Assembly: GCA_023920165.1 (NCBI GenBank)
Contig: CP089274.1
Location: 1,922,001-1,986,000, forward strand
Length of the DNA: 64,000 bases
Direction of reading: 5' to 3'
From: Curvularia clavata
Taxonomy: Eukaryota
Shown here: positions 13,387-26,600 of the stretch, in pieces
Layout of the letters: every line of letters starts with the position of its first letter
Numbering within the stretch: the first letter of the stretch is position 1
Notes under the pieces: model-generated
What the model was told of the DNA's origin: nothing
What the model saw: only the letters and a program-made list of their open reading frames with translations
The model's database searches: none
Translations under genes and position numbers: made by a program

Positions 13387-15154
13387 GTGAGGCTGTTGTC
13401 AGCCTCCAGGAATAGCAATAGAGGCTCCGCGTAGAGGGCACGGGTTGTGCAGGTCGCGTTCAGAGATGATGGGGCTCCACGCGTGGCTAGGCTTGATTTG
13501 TCTCAAAGGATGCAGCGCGCGAAGGGGGTGGGGCAAGTGATGCTCTTTGTCGACACTCGCAACGCACGTTGAGACAAGGCGCGTGAGAGAACTCCAAACC
13601 CGGTCAATGGCAATGCTTATGTAGTCTCGGTGAGTTTGGTAGCATTGTGCGGGTTGCCGATAAGGTAGCAGAAAAATCATGTGGATTCGCCGCTTCACTC
13701 TGAACCAAGGGTGACGTTTGAAGCTAAATCGCGCGCACGCTAACCGCATCCGCACTAGACTCCCCTCGTGATGCGCGATATCTTCTAGAAGTATCACTTC
13801 TACTGTACAAGTAGCATGAAAGCTGGCACCTTGGCATGCCTGCTGGTGTCGCTCAATTGATGGGCATGTAAAATGACGCTCATCTACTTATGCGGATTGG
13901 ATTTTCTGATAAACGCAGCCACCCAAAGGTACCATTCTTAGTACACACGGTACTCGTAACGTCGGTTGACATATGTTAACTGTCAAAACACGACTACTTC
14001 GTGGAAAAACGACATGATTACCTGGCTGAAAATACAAGGGGTTGTATTGGTTGGCGACGCACACGTCACTCACGAATCAACTAGTACCACAAATTAGGAC
14101 TAGGACGATATGCTCAATGCTTCGGGAAAGACTAAACGTCCCGGAGCACATGGATACAAACATCAGTTACTAGAACATACACATGCAAGATATAAAATAG
14201 CTCCAGGGGCATTGTAAGGGCGCAGCCTCGACAGCGCTGCGACATCGGCGCACTAGTGGGTCACGGGGTACAAGAGATCCGTGGACAGACTACTCAACCC
14301 CCCACTATACACCCACGGCATAGAAAGAGTGTTAAGAAGAGCTCCTATAGAAACATATTTCCCACCTATATTAACATAGATAGCTAGGAGCCCTAGAGCG
14401 GCATGAGTCAATCTTACTCTTTCCTTACTCATTGCTCGCTGCTATCAGACTTCTTACAGGCATCTCAGCTTGATGTAGGATGCTGATTCGACTTCGGGTG
14501 AAGAGTACAGACCAAGCGAATGCGTGTGATAGGCGGGCACTACCACCTAAATAAAACTTGAACAACGCATCTAAAACAAAGTTACTGGTTAACAATAGCC
14601 AAACCAGGAAGACAGCCGCTCTCTGTTAGCTAGATCTCACTCTCCTACATTTTCCATTGTCAGGATTGGGATATTATTCATCGAGACTATTGGCTTGAAA
14701 AGTCACTCATACAGTCAGCAGCCTTTACTTCACTTTCCAAGTGACAAGAGATTCCACAACAACTCTTTCTAGCAACTCAATCTCCTGCAAGGCAAAGTTC
14801 ATCCAAGCCATTTGACCCCTCTCAACCGTTTGCACACAATACCCTGAGTCTAATCAGGTCAGTCTCCGTTTGATCTACTGCGCTATCTTCTACGCACGTG
14901 AGCAGCCCTGTGGATTGTTAGGCGCTTTAACATTAGATATTGCCGTTTTGGTACTCACATTCATTTCGTTTGACCTACCTGCCACGTTCACGGCTGTTTC
15001 TGCCTAAGCGCACATTCACCGATTTTAGGGCCATCCGCGCTGTTTTCAGATACCTAATCCTTCTGTCACTGTTTGCGACTTTCTTTCAATCAACCTCCGC
15101 TGCTGCAGAACCTCAAGACGCTACCAAACCCCATCAGTGACGGAGAACGTGCTA

Positions 15155-15950
15155 ATGGAGACGAAGGACTTCCAGGACTACTATGCTGCACTAGGACTTG
15201 AGTTCGGTGCCACCAACAACGCGATCAAAGCTGCATTCCGTGCCCTAGCTTTTGCACACCATCCTGACAAGACCGGAATCAATGACACAACTGTCTTCAG
15301 TGCTGCTCATGAAGCCTATCGAAGGCTCATGGATGCTGACTTTCGCAACACATATGATAGAAACTTCTGGCGCATGAAGCTCCAAAACGATCCTCCCGGT
15401 CAGCGCCTCGGCGAGCAAACTCGTACCGAGATATACGAAACGGAGATGCGACGGAGGCAAGAGAGAGCTCGCCGAGCAAGTCCTCCGCCAACAAAGCCGC
15501 CTAGAAAGCTGGGTGAGCCTGGATGGCAGTATGTAACCAGTGCCGCGTACCAGAACTGGGAGCGCCTGTCAACCGAGTACTATGCCAGGCACCCCGAGTG
15601 CGACCGTCTGTAAGTCCACCTTATGTAACGAAGCTTGGTTGTGTGCTCTCACTAATCTAGCTCATAGTTTTGCAAGCGAGCCTCCGAGCCCTGGTTCGGG
15701 TGGGATGCAGCATGGTCTTCCTGTCGAAATGTCACATCCTTGCGTACTTCAGTCTTGCAGGTGCCTAGTCAGATACTGGCGAGTTCAGTCTGGTGGTCCT
15801 GATCATTGCATCTTCTGTATGGAGGCCCATGTCGGCTGCAGCAGATGTCCTGAATGCCAGGCACTGGCTTGTGAGAGGTGCTTGGAGTGGATCGCTGTGC
15901 TCGAGCAGAGGTTTTTCATTCTAGGCAACTACACCTATTCCACAGCTTAA
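15155..15950 (+). CDS. J-domain (DnaJ/Hsp40 class C) protein with Cys-rich C-terminus, 2 exons
   Basis: DYYAALGL...AIKAAFRALAFAHHPDK (HPD motif)...AYRRL. Intron 15610..15667 (GTAAGT...ACTAAT...ATAG) joins to an exon with CIFC..CPEC..CERC. Confidence 0.8.
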
Positions 15951-17611
15951 CGATGCAGTATGCTTGTACAGGAAGGTGACTTATCAACGGAGTGTGACCG
16001 CTACTGCAGACGGAAAGGAGGCGCATCGGCAACCTACGAGGGTGGTTTTCTTAGGGCGATGGGAATTTTGAACGCTTTCATATGCTACTCACAGGCACAC
16101 ATACAATACCACAAGGGGAGGTCAGGGCATGTGATATGGTCATGGGATGGATTCATAGCCTCGACCAGTACCTGAGAGACATTCCCCAATACAGTGCCTT
16201 AATTGGATATATCAGTCAATAGTACACACAAGCCAGATGTAGCTGTTGTTTTCTTGGTGATAAAATGAGTCGCAGACACTGACGGAATATAACTGACGTT
16301 GAAAGACCCCTGGCTATACATGGTCTGGGTAACAGATCCCATTCGTTTCAGACCGACCACCTCTACCTTGATCCTTGCACCCTTGCACCTCGATCCCATT
16401 CTAGACAAGAACGTACATCTTGTCATGGCGCCGTGCAGGTGGAAGAAGGCGATGCGTCGTCGGCCAGACCATTGCGTCATTGCTTTCCTCATCTAGCAGA
16501 TCACAGCAGAGGATATCCCAACGATATTAATGTCAAGCACATCCAAGGTATGGCTAGCGACGTATATACCCCTCATACACATTACTACCTTCACGAACGC
16601 TCTTCCAATTGCTGCAATGCCAACTAACACGACATCGCCCATCGCCTCTGTCTACTTGTACTGGAGCGTCCTAGCTTCTACCAAACCAGCAACTGCGTAA
16701 CCCAGCTCCCTCGCACCTTTCCGATAATATCACCTGGGCATTCGAGGCTCCCCAATGATATGACTAGGAAACCGTCGCAAGAATATGGACGGACAGACAC
16801 ATCATATGGATCTAAGGCCTACTACAATGTCGTTGTGCTCGTCGGAATTGAACGAGACGCCTTTCCCAAAGCCAAGAGCTGAAAAGGCCATTCGAGACTC
16901 GGATCTAGTGAATTCCCCTTTTCACATCACGACCAACTCTGCCATGCTAAGGATTTAGTCTGCAACAGGAGACGGTGGATCAGCCTACCAAAGATGCACC
17001 TGTTAACAGCGATATACGACGACTGCTCATAAGATCGAGCGAGCAGGCTACTCACAAATCTGCTCGGGCAGCGATACCAGCGGCCGCACTGTTGGCTCTG
17101 GCATCTACTTGTTGGAAAGAGATAGCCAAGCAAGTCAAGGGCTTTGAGGTCTCATACAAGTAGAGACCCCGCATGTGAGGAGGTGGGCACGGTCCTGCTC
17201 CACATTTCGGAAACGCGAGGGCTGTTAGTCCGCTTTTTGACGCGCAATCCGGCCAAGCTTACCGTCAGCCCGCACGCCGTCCTGACGCTGTTTATGGAAC
17301 AGCTGCGCTCGGCTGATCTCAATCAGGGCGCGTCCCAGGGCGCCAGATGGCTTGTGAGGCGGCACTTAACTTCAGACTCTCACGCCGCGCCACGACCGTC
17401 CGCCTTTGTATTGCTGGGACATCGCCCAGGGAGCATCCAGGCTAACCCTAACCGCTTACACGGGACTCAGCTAGCGCCATTCCGCTGTATTCTTTCATCC
17501 TTTGACATACCGACACTCTCCCTTACTGTGTTTGCTGGACATTCACTGAGCATCGTTTCTTACTGTATCTACCTACTCTCGCTCCTTCAACACTACAAGT
17601 CCACATTCAAC

Positions 17612-19154
17612 ATGGACCTTTACAGAGCTACTTTTGCCGGATCGCTGTTGCTAAATGCTTTCGCATTCTATCAATCGCACCGCTCCCGCAGAGCAGCCAC
17701 CGATGAGTCGGCCCATGCGGATAAAAAGGATGGACTCGGATCTCTCGAGCCTGATATGGAGGGCTTGTACAAGTTGAAGAAACGATTCTTCCCCATCTAT
17801 CTGCTGGTAAACGCTGCGGACTGGCTCCAAGGCCCCTACATCTATCCCATCTACAAAGGTATGTGTGAATGATTAGGCCTGGATTGACGAGTACTTATGA
17901 GCCTTGCAGATGAGAAAGGACTTCCTGAAGAAACAGTCGCATTCCTCTTCCTTACGGGCTTCATCTCAGCAGGCATCTCTGCATCTTTTGTAGGCGGGCT
18001 CGCAGACCGTTATGGCCGAAAGACTGCCTGTCTTGGATACTGTGCGCTCTACTCCCTCTCGTGTGCCACGCTCCTCACCAACAATATTTACGTTCTTTTC
18101 TTTGGTCGTATACTCGGCGGTGTTTGTGGAACGATTCTTTGGAGCGTCTTCGAGAGCTGGCTCGTTGCCGAGTTCAACCAACTCATGCTGCAAGATGGTG
18201 AACCTCATCTGAGCGCCATTTTCAGCACTATGACCACCTCCAACACTTGCGTTGCAATTGCTTCTGGTATCTTTGCTGAGTGGGCTGTCACCAAGACAGG
18301 CACGGCCAAAACACCTTTTATGGCGTCTATTGTGTGCTTGAGCTTGTCTTTCCTGGCCATCTCGTCATATTGGGGTGAGAACTATGGATCGGTCAATCGA
18401 CGAGCCTCTGAAACCGAAGGACTTCTTCAGCAAGAAGAGGCTACACCAGCACCATCATCCACCTCTGCTCTGAAAACAATCCTGCGCGACCGCAACATTA
18501 TGATTCTCGCGCTGGTCTCGGGTTTCTTCGAAGGATCACTGTTCTTGTTTATCTTCTTTAAATTTCCTGCACTGAAGCTCAGTCACCAACTTTCGGGCTC
18601 AACAGATGGTAAACCTTTTCCCCACACCACCAGCTCTAGCCCTATAGATCTGACTAGAAACAGAACTGCCTTTCGGTCTCATCTTTGCCATTCTCATGTG
18701 CTCCATGATGCTTGGTTCTCTCCTCTACAAACACGTCTCTACATCCGCGAACCCACTGCCCGCTCAAAAGATGCTCATAGGCATCCTCGCCGTTTCTTCC
18801 ATCTGTTTCTTTATTCCCGGACACTTCCGCGACGAGCGCCTCACACTGTGGTGTTTCTGCATCTTCGAGCTCTGCTGCGGAATCTACTATCCCGCCATGG
18901 GGTCGCTGAAAAGCAAGCTGATTGAAGATGGCTCACGAGCTAGCATTTACGGCATTCTCCGTATTCCGCTCAATGTCTTCGTCGTGCTTGCGCTCAGCAC
19001 CACAAAAGAAGGTACATACTGTCCTATTCACCATCCAACTGCAATGAAAGCTAATCACCGAGGTTCAGGCGAGGCACATCGCGATACAGTATTTACCACG
19101 TGCAGCATCCTGCTCATTGTGGCCGCAGTCTTTGTTCACAAGACATTGGCATGA
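17612..19154 (+). CDS. MFS transporter of the MOT2/MFSD5 (DUF791, molybdate-anion transporter) family, 4 exons
   Basis: Signature ADWLQGPYIY, MFS motif A GGLADRYGRK, SVFESWLV, WGENYG, FEGSLFLFIF, RASIYGILRIPLN. GT-AG introns near 17859, 18609 and 19012. Confidence 0.85.
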
Positions 19155-20305
19155 TCCTTTCATACTCATGAAACCCGGGGCTTGAACACTACGCTCACGA
19201 GCCAAGGCGTGCGCAGCCCATTTTCTATGTCAGACATCTAGTAATACGCCCGACTAAATAGCGCAGAGGCGTACATGCACTATTTCGTTGCATTTATCAT
19301 CACAAACCTTTTCTGTAAATAGCACTGTACAGATATGCAAATACCCAATCGTTTTGTTCCATTTTTTGTCGAAGATTGAACAGTAAATCAGCATATATGA
19401 CATCATTGGCCCTTGCGACGCGTCCGTGTATACCCTGCATATCTTGAATCACACGATTATGCGCAATCCTTGGGATCCTCAGCTCTGCGCGAAAGGGCCA
19501 GTCCTTGGTCCATTCTATGGGTTGGTTCAGGAGAGCACAGGCAGCTGGTCAGCCCAAAGATGAAACGGCGCTGGTGTGGCTGCGGACGGCTGATGGACCC
19601 ATAATTGTGCTCCACCCCCGTCACAATCGCAAAACGTCCACCACGGCTAATCGACCCGCCATCCACCTAGTTCCGCACGAGTTAGCGAACGCCCGCGGTC
19701 CCGGAGCCAATGGTGCTGATGTAGCGTCATGTAGCTGGGGGTCTTAGTCTTGTTCTCCGCAGTAAGCCCGTACCGTAGTGGTCATCAGGGGCGCCTGATG
19801 GAGTCCTCTCGTTCAATCAACATGGTCGGCCCATCTCCAACACCAACTAAACCGGGAGGAGGCCGGCTGAGGATTATCTTTCAATGGTGTTGGATTGGCA
19901 CTTGGCGGGGTGGGTGGGTGTGTACGCGTAACACTCATTGCCAACTTGGGTCCCGCTGTTATGTGTTTCGGCCGGAATGCTTGGCACGTGTCCAAACGGC
20001 GATCTATGTCAGGAGTTGAAGACTGATCGAGAGGCGTCTGTTTGATCATTATTTGTCTTGCCGCCCGTATGCACAAGTAAGGGTCTCGGGCCAAGTGGAA
20101 TTGGCTGTTTCCTTTTTTAACTTCTCTTTGTTTCCCGTTCTCTTTCATCGACACTTACATTCTCTCAACTTCCACTCCTTCCCGTCACTTGACGCATATC
20201 AGTCCTCCACCGATTCAACTCGGAGGTACATGTACACGTCTACGATTGTTCTACGCCTCTCTCATCTAGACCTTTGAACGTCGTTCTTTTCTTTCAACCT
20301 CTAAG

Positions 20306-21446
20306 ATGTTGAGGTCATTCGGAGGTATATACACTTTGCTGTGATCTTCCATCGAGACTTTGCTGACATAGTTCGCCAGGACGTATATTCGCTGGAATAT
20401 TCGTTGTCGTATTTCTAATCGTCATCTTTCACAGCGAGGAATCCGCTGGCACGGCTCTTCTTCCTTATCTTCCTGTTTTACCAGCAGCAGGCTCCTCGCA
20501 ATCATCATCACTACTCCGAGCATGGATAAAAGAACGCTCTGCACTTTCCGAGAAATCGTGGAAGAAGAGTGTTCAGCAGCGCGAGCACATGGCCGAGTCT
20601 CACCCAGATAACCCGAAAATTCCATTCTTCCCTCAAGACTTTTTGAAATACCCTTTCACGATCTGGGACTTCTTCCCTCCTACTTGGACATGTCCACATG
20701 ATATCCAGCGCGTGGGACGTATGGGTGACGGTGGAAAATGGGTCTGTGGTATGAGTGTGTACGAAGGACTTCCAGCACCCAAGACCTCGGCACTACGCAC
20801 CGCATCCCAAGAGCCGCTTTCAGATGCCCAAGAAGGTCTTGTAATGTACAGTTTCGGTATCAACGGCGAATCCTCGTTCGAAGCTGAAATGCTCGAGCGC
20901 GTACCTAGCGCCCGCATCTGGGGCTACGACTTCTCCGTCAACGGTTGGGGCGCCCAGATCGCAGAGAAACACCGTCACCGCACCTTTTTCAAGAAGGTTG
21001 GTCTCGGGAAGGAGGACAAGCATGAAAGCGATCCTCCATTCTGGACACTGCCATCCCTGATGAAGCAGAACAACCACACCTACATTGACATTCTGAAAAT
21101 CGATGTTGAAGGCAGTGAATACGATGCCCTAGACACCATGATGGATGCATTCGACAACGTCAAATCTGCGTCTGGAAAGTCAGTCCTACCCATTGGTCAA
21201 GTCATGATTGAACTCCATCTCGGAGATGGAATCAATATCGATACCAAGGCCGTCGGTGGCGGCAGCGTAGACTTCAAGCGATTCCGCAGCTGGTGGGAGC
21301 GATTGGAGCGCATGGGCATGCGCCCTGTGTGGATGGAAATTAATCTTTTCGCCGTTACGTTGGGCAAATCTAAGTCTGACCCGAGGTGTACAGAGTATGT
21401 TTGGGTTAATGCCAGGGACCAGAGAAATGTGCTCTGGAATGTGTAG
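20306..21446 (+). CDS. Membrane-anchored SAM-dependent methyltransferase-like protein (Methyltransf_22/METTL24-like), 2 exons
   Basis: RVGRMGDGGKWVCG, YSFGINGESSFE, IWGYD, YIDILKIDVEGSEY, QVMIELH. Micro-exon 20306..20324 plus intron 20325..20379 adds an N-terminal hydrophobic anchor (IFAGIFVVVFLIVIF). Confidence 0.8.
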
Positions 21447-23004
21447 ATCTGTCTTGCCGCGAATCATGATATGAGCGGGCCACTGGCGTTTCTGTATGAC
21501 ACTTGGGATGGTGCTTTTGCAGAATTCATGTTCAACATAGGACAATTTTATATTATTTCTGTTCATTCAAAAGGGCCATTTTTGACACTGCGCGCAGTCA
21601 TCTAGTAATTGCTTCAGAATCAATACGACACAAGCTCGCTTTCCCTTCACCTACTTCCACGAGTAAAAATATCAAATTGTATTGCCACCCTCAATCTCAC
21701 TCTCACCTAATTGCCAAGTCAACATAATAACCTAATCGTCAGCTCAGCACCGAGTAATAATCCGATCACCTATGACAGCGGGAACCCAGTCATCCTCAAG
21801 GCATGTCTTTCCAGCCACTATCCCCAAACCACTGCACGGAGCCCGAAACCCCTCATTGAGAAGGCGAGACATGACCAGCACCAGCGCTCCACTTCGGTCC
21901 GAACAACGCCCGGCTCCCGTCTCATTCCACACTTTCTATCTGCCGATGGGTACCTAAGGAAAGGGGCGGCTCGGAAATTGACAAATGAATCAACAAATCA
22001 ATAAGTAGATGAATGCATATATACATGAGGCGAGAAATACAGTATTTGTGACGAGCATACTGAAAGCCCATGACTGACGTGAAACCTCCTACTAGTCGCA
22101 TGACGGAAACGCAACTATTGTACTCGATGCCAATACCAACGATGAATTGGCGGGCATCTGCAGAGTCATGAATGGATGTAGAGAGAGCGACCACCCTACT
22201 CCGGTCTACTGCGATGAGCAACGGAGCCTATTTCCTAGGATCGGTCAAATCGGCGGATGACCCGTCTGGGTCACCGATACCCCATGGGCAGCTTTCCTCC
22301 ATTTGCTTGGTCGTGCTTCGTGCTAGTGCTAGGGGCGGAACCGATGCCTTAACCTGGGATGGTTCGTTGGAAAATTCTGACAGGAACAGTATTAGCGGGG
22401 TGTATAGGCAGCTGACTCTCTTCCTGTTCTTTGGTCTTGTGGCACGCTGGCAGAGTATTGGCGGCCATTAGTAGGTAGGTTGTAGCTATGCTAATGAAGG
22501 TATTGGCTCGCTTGCGCGTGTTCCTGCATTGGTGGAGACATCTAGTGAAAATCAAATTTGCTGAATTTGGAGCCAGTTGGGAGTTTTGGGGACGGTATCG
22601 ACAGTTTAAGTTACGAGCGTTGCCTGGTAGAGGTGAAGTTTGGAGTCATGTCTCTAGTAGAGGCTGCGGTATTTACACCTAAGCTTAAACCAGAAGATTG
22701 GAGATTGGGAAATAGGGCAAGACCAAACTAGGGTTTCTCACACATTCAAACGATTTGATAAGGAGAGTTTTACTTGTGATATTGACCTCCTATCTCCCCT
22801 GCAAATACTGGTTCTCTTTGATGCGAGGGCAAAAACCCTGAACCGCACCATTGCTACTCATGAACTTTTTAACCCCCAGACTTCTCTCTTAGCTTCATGA
22901 AGTCTCCTCTATCCCAGGCTACTCAATTTTGATTGACTCTAAGTAGGACAAGCCATTTAAACGAAGAATGACAATTGACTGGTAGCTCCAGGTACTACTT
23001 GATC

Positions 23005-23531
23005 GCTCTAGTCCAATTTTTCGAATTCCATATAGTGCTCTTGCCCAGATATGCTCTCAGAGAGCATGATCTAAAATTCCACATTTATGGAACCTTCTGT
23101 GGCTCGAAATGGCCAAGGCTTGATGATCGTTTGGTGCATCTTAACTTCATGCTGTGCGCCCGAGTCAGAGTGTCTATTGATCCAGCTTTATAAAGGGCAG
23201 GGCGAGCGAGACGTACATTGAGAAGGTCATCGAAGTCACCAAACATGCCCATGACAAAGCTCACTCTAGAAACGTCTGCCATAAATGACAGATGTCGTAA
23301 CGGGCATGCGCTAGCTCCACCTAGCAAGATGTTAAAGATACTCGAATCCATATTAGACATAAATTTCTTGAATTTGATCACGCGAGAAACATCTGAAAGG
23401 AATTCGAATTCTATTTCGTGTACTTTGTTCAAGAACAGCATGAAAAGGGTGGCATGCGGGTTCTCGGTTTTCGGTTTGACCATCGGAGAGAAAGCTTGGA
23501 GAGTTCGGTTCACAAGCTGAGACCCTAACAT
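23005..23531 (-). pseudogene. Degenerate C-terminal fragment resembling fungal DUF4470-type proteins
   Basis: FSPMVKPKTENPHATLFMLFLNKVHE and, after a frame break, ISGQEHYMEF resemble the NPHATL..LF.NAV and G.ERY.EW motifs I recall from DUF4470-family C-termini. There is no room for an N-terminus because the upstream gene ends at 23643. Confidence 0.4.
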
Positions 23532-23642
23532 ATTATCACAACTTGAAGGATGGTAAAGGAATTGCTAATTGGGTTGTTGCTAAATTCGTACTCCACCAAT
23601 CTCTAGCTGTTTTGTAAGAATATCATATCATTGCCAATAAAA

Positions 23643-26600
23643 CTACTTTCCAACACCAAGTCCACTTCCGAACACCTTATCGATCCTCGTAGCTCTCTCC
23701 CATACAATGTCATCATCTCCACCATCTCCACCCTTCTTCTTGAAATATAGTATCCTGTGTTGAGGAATGAACTCTTCGTCCGTCTGCTCCGTCTTCCATT
23801 TCTCGAGTCCCGTCTCTTTCGCACCAAGAAAGCGGTCCTCATACCCAATTATGTAGTTGCTCGGATCAAGGCTTGGGTCCCATCGCAATCTATTAAGAAC
23901 GTCGGATGCGGGACGTAGCTTTGTCCTTGATAAAGGCTCTGAGGTGGGCTTAGGGCGTTGGGGGACTGCGCGCTGCGGCTTGGCCTCATCGGGATCCTGA
24001 ATATCTTCTTCGAGCTCTTCTTCATCATCCGAATCGGTATCGATGTCCATGGCATAATGTCCCCATTCTCGATCATCTTGGTGGAGATCCTTGACATCAC
24101 GCGACTTTATCAGCGATGCATCAATCCAACAAGTGGATGGGTCGTAGTTTTTCTCGTCGGTCCGCATTTGGGTGAGGAAACGATCGAGCGCTTTGTCTAA
24201 AGCTTTCTTGGCCTCTTGTTTGTCTTCAGGGCTACGCGCTGGGATGCTCTCTGCTGCTTTAGACAAACCGATCAGATAACATCCTTGGTAATCATTGTTA
24301 TCGCTGGCATCTTGCGAAGTGTTGCCTGTGAACCGGGCTGGCCAGATTCGCACTTCAGATCCTGGTAGTGCTTTGTGGATATCTATACAGTCAGAAAAAA
24401 GGTCGAGGTAACATTCTGAGTCTTGGAATGCTTACCAACAACAAGGGATATGCATCGAGATTCCACCCAGCCAACCAGACTTTTGCCCTTTGCAAGCGTG
24501 CGACCCCAGAACTGTATGTCAATCTTTACGAAGTCATTGTAAGTCTTCAGGAATTCCATAGCTCCTGAAGAAAGAGACTGCTCTGAGATTGGGCTTGAAG
24601 ATGCACCGAAGAACTCATCCCACGTCATACCAGGCTCACTTAGCTTGGCATCGGCAGCCTTGAGCTCTTTGATGAGTACCTGCAACCCTGGTACAGTGGC
24701 AGTGTGCGCAATGTTCGAATTAGGCGCGTGAAAGCCAAGAACAACCATGGGCTCTCTGGCACTGCGGTGATAACGCGGCTTCTTCTTGTGAAAAAACGCG
24801 TCATACACCATCTCGTTCGCCCAATCAAAGTATGAATAGTGCTGAAAGAAGCTCGTAACTAGATCCGCAGCGGTGACCGAACCGACGTCATGCGCAAGTC
24901 GCTTGCAGACCCAGGAGAGCATGAGCGTAATATGTACTCCACCAAAATAGCCAAATCTTGCGGAATATAGGCCACGCTGGACAGCCCACAGCTTGATGCA
25001 GCGATAAGCCTGACGGAACGAGGATTTTGATAGCAATGTACGTTGCATGTACAATAGGTCGCGGTAGGGTTTCAACTTGCGAAGCGAGAGAACCGAGAGG
25101 TTGAAAATAGGGTCAGATGCTGGGATATCAGGAAACTCGGTCCATCTGTATTAATCGTGTTAGCACTTCAACTAGTTCTTGAAAAAGCTTGCACCTACCT
25201 TTCGAGGACTTTCGTTGCAGGGCAATATTGCAAGTCCATCAATACACCATTGACGGAGAGTTCAAGCATCGTGCCAGTACTAGCTTCAACCTTCCTCAAG
25301 ATCCGTACCTGAGGATTCCCGGCTTTTGTAAGGCGCTGTCGTGCGAGTTTGAAGAAGGTCTTCGGACTGACTGCGCCAATGCATAAGCAGTCAATGTCCG
25401 AATCTGCTGTCCAAACACCTAGAGCATATGACCCGACTGGTACCATGACCAACGGAATGCCGGAATTATCAGAATTCAACTCATCGGCTGTGTCTAGAAT
25501 GATTCTCTGAAGTGTTTCAAATGCCCCTTGGTACCGTGCCATTTGCTCTTCGCTAGGAACCATACCATGGGCCGCCAATACTGACCATACACCTGACGAT
25601 TCCGACAAGGTCGGGATCGCGCGCTTCAGCTGAACTGAAGGTTGATCCATCGACTCTGTATTCGCTGTACTATCTGTTGCTTCAGCACTCATAATCTTCA
25701 TGGTTGTTCTCACTCCGTAATGATCGCTGGCAATTATCTGCACACCATCAATGGTCTCAGGTAAACCGAAATGATTAAAACGAATAATGCGAAGCGCATT
25801 CTTTGAACGAACCAGTATCCTGTCATATCTTTGCGGTCGGTCATGTGAAGTGGTAGTAGTTCCGGCAGCAAGTCTGTTGTTTTGTGGATCGAAAGTTGCA
25901 CCTTCCTCGCCTTCGAATAGTTCACCTACATCAGCAATGCTTGGCTGGTCTGTTCCTTCTACTCGGGCAACGCTCCAGGCATCGACTAAGCCCGCATCGC
26001 TGATTGCAGTCTCTATTGATAACAGAGTGTTTGCAGATTCATCAGTGATGGATTTGTTCTTGCGAGCGGTGTCGATAGTATGGGTCGAGGTGACAATGTT
26101 GAAGTCGCCAGCGATGACCCAGGCATCCTCCTTGTGATTCTGCTCTAGATGACCTATGAGGGTTTTGATCTGAGCCTTTTTGGTTGCAATCGATCCATCT
26201 GTAAGGCCGGCAGTCAAATGGACACTAGCGACTACCAGACCTTTCTGGCTCGGCAAACCAGAAGCGGTCACTCCCCGGAACTGTGCAACAATGGCACCCT
26301 TGTGTCTCCGATGAAATGGAACTGACTTCCACGAGAATGGGTTACGGCTGAGAACCACGATGTTTCGCAGATTGGGTAATGGACCAATGTCCGGCTGCGT
26401 CGGTGGTCCGTGGGAAACGAACGGATACCTTCGCTGAATCTCGGTTTCGCCCAATAGAAAAGAAAGAAAATCATCAGAAATCTCTTGCAGTACTAATACA
26501 TCCGCCATCGCTGAATCTGAGAGAATGGTACTAACGACCAAGGGATCACGGTCGTGTGTTGGCGGGTACTCGCTGTCTACCAGAACGTTATAACTCGCGA

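Noticed and set aside
17144..17611. Long N-terminal extension of the MOT2-type transporter ORF
   Set aside because: It starts at a non-ATG codon and reads like 5' UTR. The ATG at 17612 (CAAC ATG G) gives a normal family N-terminus.
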